15,862 nucleotides of DNA from a virus, in IMG/VR virus record IMGVR_UViG_3300020557_000003. One strand, written 5' to 3'. A program made the translations under genes and the position numbers. Below the pieces are notes generated by a model. That model did not search any database. It was not told where the DNA came from and was given only the letters and a program-made list of their open reading frames with translations. This document shows positions 1 to 6,602 of this stretch, piece after piece (the first letter of the stretch is position 1; every line of letters starts with the position of its first letter).

Positions 1-99
1 CTTCTCCTGTATAAGTATTTGCAATGTTTTGGTCTGTACCTGTGCCTGTTTTCAATCGGGCAGTAAAAGCATTTCCCGAAGCAGAAAAGTTTGCACCTG
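1..99. repeat. Left copy of an exact 99-bp terminal direct repeat (identical to 15764-15862). Most likely the overlap of a circular or concatemeric assembly.
   Basis: Bases 1-99 (cttctcctgtataagtatttgcaatg...gtttgcacctg) reappear base for base at 15764-15862. The repeat lies inside an open reading frame. Confidence 0.9.
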
Positions 100-766
100 C
101 TCTAGCGTAAAAAGACATTGTTACTGTTTTCCCAGCATAAGGAATACTGTTTACAGTTTCCTGTGAGTATTCCAAAATCAATAATGGAGTGGCTGTCTGT
201 CCTGCGGTTCTTTGTATCCGCATACAGTATTGGATATTCGGCAGATTGGTTGTATCGGATGTGAGTTGTCTGCTAAAAGTGTTTGTCACTGTGCTAGAAA
301 CACGACACATCCACCTGTCGGCAGAATAATTACCTAGTGATGTAGTCGCAGCAAGACTAGTAGTACGCTGCCACACCTGCATTGCTGAGTTGATAATAGG
401 ATTGGAAATTGGAGTACCTGCCGTATAGCGCAAGCCTGTTGAAGTGGAACTATCTGCTACGAGTGTCTCGCCGTTGTTGCCTACTGCTAGGCGGGCCGGT
501 GTGTCGTTCGCTGTAGCTGAAATCAGATCGCCTTTAGCATCCACGATACTATTTTGGATCGCATTAGCATCATCCGTAGTAACCCAAGTAAAATCCATAT
601 CTGTACCGGAGGTTTTACTAAGTACCTGCCCGGTAGTGCCGCCCTTAAGATCGACTAACGAACCATCGATAGAGTCTCCAAGTGCCTCAATAGCCGTAGC
701 TCCATCTTTGACTAAGTCAGTCGATGTAGGTACAGGCCAGTTAAAATTAGGGGTAACTGTTGCCAT
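1..766 (-). CDS. Tail fibre / receptor-binding protein, N-terminal part (about 255 codons). The gene runs off the window start and continues at 15862 down to 15204, giving 441 aa on the circular map.
   Basis: ATG at 766-764 overlaps the upstream TAA (TAATG) and follows a GGAGG Shine-Dalgarno. My translation is MATVTPNFNWPVPTSTDLVKDGATAIEALGDSIDGSLVDLKGGTTGQVLSKTSGTDMDFTWV..., with no stop down to base 1. The frame joins the 15204-15818 ORF exactly (766 + 560 nt = 442 codons). The WPxP...D...I..L..ID N-terminus and a later NPIINSAMQVWQR...ADRW motif are typical of phage tail fibres. The gene follows the tape measure and minor tail genes. Confidence 0.8.
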   Translation of the reverse strand, partial: MATVTPNFNWPVPTSTDLVKDGATAIEALGDSIDGSLVDLKGGTTGQVLSKTSGTDMDFTWVTTDDANAIQNSIVDAKGDLISATANDTPARLAVGNNGETLVADSSTSTGLRYTAGTPISNPIINSAMQVWQRTTSLAATTSLGNYSADRWMCRVSSTVTNTFSRQLTSDTTNLPNIQYCMRIQRTAGQTATPLLILEYSQETVNSIPYAGKTVTMSFYARAGANFSASGNAFTARLKTGTGTDQNIANTYTGE

Positions 767-2013
767 TATGTCAAACCTCCAAATGCGTTTTCCCACTCAA
801 GTGTAGCGTTTACACCTGTCCAAATCAGGCTAGGCGGGCTTACTGTGTCCCATTGTGGCGCGACCAATGAGAAATCTGTAGGGCTTAAGGTAAGCGTTAT
901 GTCTACGAATTGAGGCGTAGCTCTAATAGCAAAGCCCTCTAAAAAGCCGTTAAAAGATCCGTTAAACATATTGATAGGTAAATCGCTAATAACGATAGGC
1001 TCACCAAAAAATACATTTATCAGCTTGTTTCGCTCAGCATCCGGTAAGTCTGAGTTATCTAGTCTGAAAGTAATGGCCTGCAGCTGCTCTCGTGGGATAG
1101 CCCGGAGCCCTAGCTCGCGATCCATTACATCGTTTACATCGCTTAAGTTATGCAGGTTAGAGCTTACGCTGCGCTGATAGCGGCCATAGTTAGCGATCGA
1201 GTCAGCATCTAAAGCAGTTGCCTGATTATTGTAATTATTACCATAGTTAAATACGAGCGAGTTACGGATCTTGCCTATCTGTAAAATTGACTTAACGCTT
1301 GACGGGATAGCGTAATTAGCCGAAATAGTCGTATAGCCGTTAGCCGATAAGTAAGCCGTACGATGATCGGCATCGGCGTAACAGACTCGCCCAGCCTTGT
1401 CCTCATACATATTACCGAGCGCGCTTTGTGCGATCTGCGCGCATAGGTTATAGCTACTAAACGGATCAGCTGAGCGAGAAATCATTTCGTAGAGGCCCGG
1501 CTGGTCGATCTCGCCAAGGCCCACGTTTTCAGCGTTAGCCCACGTAGTCGTAGGGTCGTAGTCCTGCCATTGTAAAGCCGGTGCTACCTCAAACCAGCTA
1601 TTAATAAGTAGCTCGTTAAGGATGTCGAAAATCTGATTGCCATCCTCAGTTTTAGGCAAAGCATCCGGGAACAGGGCTTTAGTCAATTTAGCCAAGGATC
1701 CTACGGCTAAAATATTACCGATTGTTATAAAGCCTACTTCCTCAGGCGAGCGTACCGAAATACCAAAATCGGATACCGTACCGCCAAAAACAGGCACGTA
1801 AGTACCAGAGCTATTCTTTAGCTCTAGGGTAAGGCTATCGGTAACGTCAATATCAAAGGCCGAGTTATTTATATTTACGATCTCCATACGAGCATAGCCC
1901 GCGTTACATTGTAGGTCGACGTCATCGCGACCAGTTGCCATATTTACGCTTAGCACGTTTGTATACTCAGTCGTGCCTACGATTATTTTCCACTCTGGGA
2001 GCCAAGTACTCAC
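766..2013 (-). CDS. Minor tail protein (distal-tail or baseplate-like), 415 aa.
   Basis: Listed ORF. Its GTG start overlaps the tape-measure stop (GTGA). It sits immediately downstream of the tape measure, where siphoviruses place the Dit/Tal genes. I read no diagnostic motif. Confidence 0.55.
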   Translation of the reverse strand: MSTWLPEWKIIVGTTEYTNVLSVNMATGRDDVDLQCNAGYARMEIVNINNSAFDIDVTDSLTLELKNSSGTYVPVFGGTVSDFGISVRSPEEVGFITIGNILAVGSLAKLTKALFPDALPKTEDGNQIFDILNELLINSWFEVAPALQWQDYDPTTTWANAENVGLGEIDQPGLYEMISRSADPFSSYNLCAQIAQSALGNMYEDKAGRVCYADADHRTAYLSANGYTTISANYAIPSSVKSILQIGKIRNSLVFNYGNNYNNQATALDADSIANYGRYQRSVSSNLHNLSDVNDVMDRELGLRAIPREQLQAITFRLDNSDLPDAERNKLINVFFGEPIVISDLPINMFNGSFNGFLEGFAIRATPQFVDITLTLSPTDFSLVAPQWDTVSPPSLIWTGVNATLEWENAFGGLT

Positions 2014-3923
2014 GCTATCGTATAGTCTCCGGAGCCTCTATTAACTGAGGTTCCCCTATAAGTTGATTGATTAAGTACGTCCTCAACAGCTCGAGCGATA
2101 GCCTCAGGATCGCCTAAGCCTGCCTCGATCTTAATATTATATGTAGCAGGGTATCCGCCGCCGTAATTCATCGTAGGGCTATATCCGCCTAAATCGCCTT
2201 TCTGATCCTCGGTTAAAGTAGGGAACAGGTCAAAGATAGTTACATCTTTTTTTAGTCCTTTAGTAGCTTCGGCCATTTTCTCAACAGTATCTATAACCGT
2301 ACTCTTAGGAATAAGTGACCCTACGCCGCTCGAGGTAAGCCCTCCGGTGTTACCGCCTGTACCTATCTTACCTAACAAAGCTATGTAATCTTGCAAAGCC
2401 TTTAGACGTGCCTCATCGGCCGCCTTTTGTGCCTTGGCTACCCGGTCGATCATCGATAACTCGGCAGACTCACGTAATAAAGTTGCAGTATTTGCAGCGC
2501 TCGTAGTCTTACTTAAAGAGGCAAGGCGCGCTATCTCGGTTAGTTGGATCTGTACGCGCTCGCTGTAACTCTCTTTAGCTGCTAACTGGCCAGCGGCAGT
2601 AATGGCGGCGTTATATTTCTTAAACGCTTCCTCCCGGGCTATCTCTTTATCAGCTTCGGCCATTTTAGATTTATTAATAGCTGTAAGTTCATTAAGTAAC
2701 TGAGTGTTAATCGCTAAGAGCGAGGCATCGCTGATTTCTTTGATGCCTGCTAGTTTGGCTAAATCTGCATTCTTTTGCAGCGCGGCTAATTCGCCTATTT
2801 TCTTTAACGCTAATTCGCCGTTATCTTCCTCGATGGCCATAAGGGCCTCAAGGCGCAGGCGTGTCTCTTTGTCGTATGTAGCCTTAAGAGCGGCAGCTAG
2901 AGATACGCGCGTAGTGTCAAAAACAGCCGCAGCTTTAGACAGAGATAACTTATTCTTTTCTGCTATCGCCGATTTTTTTTGTAGCGCTAATAACTCTTTA
3001 GCTCGCTTAGCAGCATCGGCTTCGGCCTTGGCTCGTGCCTTGGCATCGGCTTTTTGTGTATCTTGATTGCCAGCCGATAGCGAGCGATTACCAAACCCTC
3101 CGGCGATCTGTCCACTTTGTAAAGCGAAATATTGTTGCAGGTATTCGCCTGCCTTAAGGCCGATAGTTACATCAATAAGGCCAGCGATAGCGCTGCTAAG
3201 TTTATCGATCTTTTTAGTCGTGTCGTCGATCGTCTCGCCGCCTGATAGCGCTGTGATAGCGCCAAGTAAAGATTTACCGATCTTTTCGCTAGCGTTCTCG
3301 GAGGCTATGGCGAGTTTATTCATAGAGCCGACATAGCTATCGGCGGCTACCTTGGCTTGGCCTGCGAATAATACCTGTAGGCGCTTTTGTACTTCCTCAA
3401 AGTTTGTAGAGGCTAGTTCGGCTTGAGTAAGGCCTAGGTTAAGAGAGCGTAAGCCCTTAAAATTGCCTACGTATGCTTGGCTTAATATTTCGCTAGTTTT
3501 GGCTAAATCGGTTCCCGTGCCTGCCGATACATCCATAGCAAGGTTGAGTAATTCTTGGCTCTTAGTTACTGAGCCTGTTACCTGTAGTAACTTAAGCATC
3601 GACGGCTGTAGCAAGTTTCTATTTACGCCCGTAGCCGCTTCGATCTTATCGATGTATCGATCGATTTCCGGAGTAGCAAAAGCCAAGCCGAGGTTACGTA
3701 CAGCTGTAGTTAATTGTGCTACTTCTAGTTGCTGATCTGCAAAAGCCTTAACGGCGTTTTTACCATACTGCGCTAGAGCGGCAGCTGAAAAGGTAAGCCC
3801 AAAAGCCTTGCCTAAATTCTTTACGTTTTTCTCAAAGCCACTTATTTGTTTTTGGCCTTTTGCTAACGCCTTACCGTCAAAGGTAGTAACGGCATTAACG
3901 AATAAATCGGGTAACTTGGCCAT
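2010..3923 (-). CDS. Tail tape measure protein, 637 aa.
   Basis: Listed ORF. Long Ala/Lys/Glu/Leu-rich sequence that looks coiled-coil, with a Gly-rich C-terminal part. It is the largest gene and lies between the chaperone region and the distal tail genes. TAATG overlap with the upstream gene. Confidence 0.85.
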   Translation of the reverse strand: MAKLPDLFVNAVTTFDGKALAKGQKQISGFEKNVKNLGKAFGLTFSAAALAQYGKNAVKAFADQQLEVAQLTTAVRNLGLAFATPEIDRYIDKIEAATGVNRNLLQPSMLKLLQVTGSVTKSQELLNLAMDVSAGTGTDLAKTSEILSQAYVGNFKGLRSLNLGLTQAELASTNFEEVQKRLQVLFAGQAKVAADSYVGSMNKLAIASENASEKIGKSLLGAITALSGGETIDDTTKKIDKLSSAIAGLIDVTIGLKAGEYLQQYFALQSGQIAGGFGNRSLSAGNQDTQKADAKARAKAEADAAKRAKELLALQKKSAIAEKNKLSLSKAAAVFDTTRVSLAAALKATYDKETRLRLEALMAIEEDNGELALKKIGELAALQKNADLAKLAGIKEISDASLLAINTQLLNELTAINKSKMAEADKEIAREEAFKKYNAAITAAGQLAAKESYSERVQIQLTEIARLASLSKTTSAANTATLLRESAELSMIDRVAKAQKAADEARLKALQDYIALLGKIGTGGNTGGLTSSGVGSLIPKSTVIDTVEKMAEATKGLKKDVTIFDLFPTLTEDQKGDLGGYSPTMNYGGGYPATYNIKIEAGLGDPEAIARAVEDVLNQSTYRGTSVNRGSGDYTIA

Positions 3924-4537
3924 TATGCCGCCTTCGCGTAACGGCCCTGATTAAAGCCAGCGATAGTTTTTTCGATAGCTCTTACTACGGCAGCTTGAGC
4001 TTTACCTTGATCCTCCGACCAAGCTCTAAAAATCATACGGCCACGGCTTGCGCCATCACCATACAAAGGCCCCATACGGTTAATAAAGTTAGCGCCTGCG
4101 CCTGGGTTATTAGATCGGCTTTTAGGATCTCCGCCCGGGTTTTTACGTCCGGCAGTCTCATAAATAGCGCCGCTTGCTGAGGCATTAGCCACGATATACA
4201 TCGACGACCAGCCGTTACGGTTGCGCTTGCTAGGCGAGGCTGAGTAGTACACGCCTTTACTAGCTAGAGCTGCATCGTATAGTGGAAACATACGTACTCG
4301 GCCTTCGGTGTTAAGGGTTCTAAAGGCCGAGTTACGAGCTGTAATCTTTCGGCCCTTAGTCCCCTCATTCCAGTTATACAGGTTGCCCGGTACTGGAGAC
4401 GGCGCATAGCCCCGAGCCTTGTCCCGGATGGGGATCATCACGCCTTTAATCTCTTTGTTCATCTCTTTTAATAGTTCAGGATCTATTTTACGCATAGCCT
4501 TTAGAGTCTCTTTAACGCCGTCTAGTGTTACGGACAT
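3923..4537 (-). CDS. HK97 gp10-like neck / tail-completion protein, 204 aa, in an unusual position.
   Basis: Listed ORF preceded by GAGGAGG. The N-terminus MSVTLDGVKETLKAMRKIDPELLKEMNKEIKGVMIPIRDKARGYAP matches the pattern I remember for the HK97-gp10 family (M.v.v.G...l...L..l...). A later AIYETAG segment resembles the family's vEfGT core. Confidence 0.5.
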   Translation of the reverse strand: MSVTLDGVKETLKAMRKIDPELLKEMNKEIKGVMIPIRDKARGYAPSPVPGNLYNWNEGTKGRKITARNSAFRTLNTEGRVRMFPLYDAALASKGVYYSASPSKRNRNGWSSMYIVANASASGAIYETAGRKNPGGDPKSRSNNPGAGANFINRMGPLYGDGASRGRMIFRAWSEDQGKAQAAVVRAIEKTIAGFNQGRYAKAA

Positions 4538-4703
4538 TTTTAACCTCCTCGGCTTGCTCGTTTAATACCTTTACTAACATCTTAAACATCTCTGTATCGA
4601 GATCGAGTATCGCCTGAGGCGCGACCTGTAACCGTATAGATAGCTGTGCTACTAAGTAGGTTAAAGAGCCGCGCCCTAGGCTAAAGGTTCGTCGTCTAGT
4701 ACC
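4512..4703 (-). other. Open -1 frame (64 codons) spanning the end of the chaperone gene and the 138-bp gap. Candidate G/GT-type frameshift extension.
   Basis: Relative to the 85-aa ORF, the -1 frame is closed by TGA at 4704-4706. It then stays open to TAA at 4512-4514, covering a gap that otherwise has no gene. No canonical XXXYYYZ slippery heptamer is present in 4679-4703. Confidence 0.3.
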
Positions 4704-4933
4704 TCAACCCTAGCCAAGGTATCTAAAAACTCTGCCCCAAACATCGGTACAGTTACTCCGGATGCCTTGAGGCACTCCCAAGCTAACCAATACACGTCGC
4801 TTTGCTTCTCGTCATCTCTAAAGGCTTTGTGAAAACCTTTTTTTGCGTAGATCTCAAAGGCGTACTCAATACGCGGCGTGATTTGATGTTCGCTAACCTC
4901 GCCTGTAGCCCTTGTTATTTTGAGTCGTGCCAT
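4676..4933 (-). CDS. Tail assembly chaperone (gpG-like), 85 aa.
   Basis: Listed ORF. Small acidic protein directly downstream of the tail tube gene and upstream of the tape measure region. AAGGGG Shine-Dalgarno. Confidence 0.6.
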   Translation of the reverse strand: MARLKITRATGEVSEHQITPRIEYAFEIYAKKGFHKAFRDDEKQSDVYWLAWECLKASGVTVPMFGAEFLDTLARVEVLDDEPLA

Positions 4934-4957
4934 TTGTTTAGCCCCTTTTCTTTGTTA

Positions 4958-5365
4958 TCAGCTAGTAGTAATTACGATTGGTGAGTTACAAGTAAATGTA
5001 ATGCTCTGTGTGCCGATATCTCCAACAGCGCCGTTAATATCTGTAGTGTTATTTACTAAAATAGTTGTGCTGTATAGAGGGTTAGTAGCTGAGACGATTG
5101 CGCTTGTCTGCTTTAGCGTGATAGGTACAGTTGTACCCCAAGCCGCCTGCAAAGTAGCGTTTACGTTAGCTGCTGCTGTATCGCTCAAAAAGTCTAGTGA
5201 GATCGTAGAAGTCTCCAAACCTTTTGTAAATTTTCTGCTGGAGTCCCCCATAGCTGTCACTTCGAGTTCCTCAAAAACGCGGTTAATTGTCGCGCTCGTT
5301 ACGTGATCACTCAGAGCTATAGAGTTCAGAGTTACGACCACGCCATTAGATAGAAATACGGCCAT
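4958..5365 (-). CDS. Major tail (tube) protein, 135 aa.
   Basis: Listed ORF. The ...LEVTAMGDSSRKFTKGLETSTISLDF... segment matches the dvT..gd....f..gl.d.s.s pattern of small siphovirus tail tube proteins. Ser/Thr-rich and beta-like. GAGGAA Shine-Dalgarno. Lies between the neck genes and the chaperone. Confidence 0.65.
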   Translation of the reverse strand: MAVFLSNGVVVTLNSIALSDHVTSATINRVFEELEVTAMGDSSRKFTKGLETSTISLDFLSDTAAANVNATLQAAWGTTVPITLKQTSAIVSATNPLYSTTILVNNTTDINGAVGDIGTQSITFTCNSPIVITTS

Positions 5366-5368
5366 CGC

Positions 5369-5482
5369 CTATTCCTCGCTTTTCTCTGTAGTAGGTGTTT
5401 GTGTTTTTGTTTCTTTTTTTGGTGCTTCGGTTATCTGCCCTATCTTAATTAGAAAGGCAATATCCTCATCTGTATATGGCAT
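5369..5482 (-). CDS. Possible 37-aa ORF (MPYTDEDIAFLIKIGQITEAPKKETKTQTPTTEKSEE), not in the ORF track.
   Basis: ATG at 5482-5480, one base after the upstream TAA. TAG at 5369-5371. It fills an otherwise empty 118-bp gap. There is no homology argument. Confidence 0.3.
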   Translation of the reverse strand: MPYTDEDIAFLIKIGQITEAPKKETKTQTPTTEKSEE

Positions 5483-5483
5483 T

Positions 5484-5876
5484 TTAGCTCCAGCTCGTTA
5501 GTATGCTTATGTCTATAGATGCTGTTAGCAACGTACCGCTCTGTACGTCTAAAGTACTCGGCGCGCTAACAGCTCCAATATTCATTACGATCGATGAGGC
5601 TGCAAGTTTGTTAAACACAGCTACGACCATATTTTCGATGCCCTGTAAATTTCCCTGATTATCCAGTAGCGGCACACTCATCTGGATCCGAAAATTAGCC
5701 ATAGGCGAAATTGAGTTATATGTGTTATTGCTGGGAGTGATGTAAGGATCTCCCGGAGCGACGATAACACTATTGGCCGTAATTGTTGGCGGTGGAAAGC
5801 TGTAAGTATTCCAAACGTTTGCATTAGCTAGAGCTGTAGCAAGTGAGGCGCGTAAAGTCGTAATAGGTACAGGCAT
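5484..5876 (-). CDS. Neck protein (tail terminator / head-tail joining type), 130 aa.
   Basis: Listed ORF. Its start abuts the adaptor stop (TAAATG). It lies between the adaptor and the tail tube. The call rests on position and size only. Confidence 0.45.
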   Translation of the reverse strand: MPVPITTLRASLATALANANVWNTYSFPPPTITANSVIVAPGDPYITPSNNTYNSISPMANFRIQMSVPLLDNQGNLQGIENMVVAVFNKLAASSIVMNIGAVSAPSTLDVQSGTLLTASIDISILTSWS

Positions 5877-6527
5877 TTAGCCCACCATAGAATTCGGATT
5901 TTGATACCCGGCGATGAGCCCTCGGATCTTGCCGATCATCGCGTTACCTAAACGATAGGGGCTCGGGCTAAAGCCGTCGATCGATACTCCACCTGTTTGT
6001 GAGACTTGGCGAGCCTGCCAGATATCTACGGCCAAAATCATCGCGGCTTCACGTACGGCCGGAGTAGTCGCGTAGCTGTTTGTCTTTGTGTCTGCGCCTA
6101 CGGCTTGGCCATAAGGTAATACGCGCTGAAAATTGACGTTAGCGGCGGTCTTAGCAAACTGGATAAAGCTATAACCGTTAGGCCAATTAAAGTAAGTGTT
6201 ATTCCACACGATAGACGGTAGCTGCGAGGATGTACCAGCTGACCAAGGGATCGTACCCGTGATCGTGTAAGTACCGTTAAAGGTTGAGCCGCATCCACTC
6301 AAGGTTACAGACTGACCCGTAGTAAAGATCATAGGGTTAGCAACCATCGCGGTAATTACATTATTTTGTAGTGTTACTCCGACTACTGGAGCTGAGGCAA
6401 ACCATAAAAACTGATTAAGTAAATCTTGAGCAGTTTGGCAAACTTCCTCGACGATGGCAGAGCTGTATAAGTTTTCGATACCAAGGTTAGCGCGTAACTC
6501 CGCCTCGGTGACGTATGTAGCTGGCAC
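5877..6527 (-). CDS. Head-tail adaptor (gp6-like connector) with an internal inserted domain, 216 aa.
   Basis: Listed ORF. The N-terminus YVTEAELRANLGIENLYSSAIVEEVCQTAQDLLNQFL and C-terminal REAAMILAVDIWQARQ resemble the two conserved ends of gp6-like head-tail connectors. It is the first gene after the capsid gene. Confidence 0.6.
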   Translation of the reverse strand: MPATYVTEAELRANLGIENLYSSAIVEEVCQTAQDLLNQFLWFASAPVVGVTLQNNVITAMVANPMIFTTGQSVTLSGCGSTFNGTYTITGTIPWSAGTSSQLPSIVWNNTYFNWPNGYSFIQFAKTAANVNFQRVLPYGQAVGADTKTNSYATTPAVREAAMILAVDIWQARQVSQTGGVSIDGFSPSPYRLGNAMIGKIRGLIAGYQNPNSMVG

Positions 6528-6544
6528 TTATTTACTCCCATCTT

Positions 6545-6585
6545 AAAAGAGGCCGGTAGGGCTCAAAGGGCTAAGAGCCCTACCG
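6545..6585 (-). terminator. Rho-independent terminator candidate downstream of the capsid gene.
   Basis: An 11-bp perfect stem (6554-6564 cggtagggctc pairs with 6575-6585 gagccctaccg) with a 10-nt loop. On the transcribed strand it is followed by GCCTCTTTTAAGA. It sits in the 75-bp gap between the capsid stop (6603) and the adaptor start (6527). Confidence 0.6.
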
Positions 6586-6602
6586 ACTATTAGGTATTTT
6601 GC

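Noticed and set aside
6098-6298. A 66-aa minus-strand ORF nested out of frame in the adaptor gene, and likewise the 107-aa ORF at 10060-10383 nested in terL.
   Set aside because: Both are wholly contained in alternative frames of well-supported genes. They have Arg/Leu/Ser-rich compositions and no independent translation signals.
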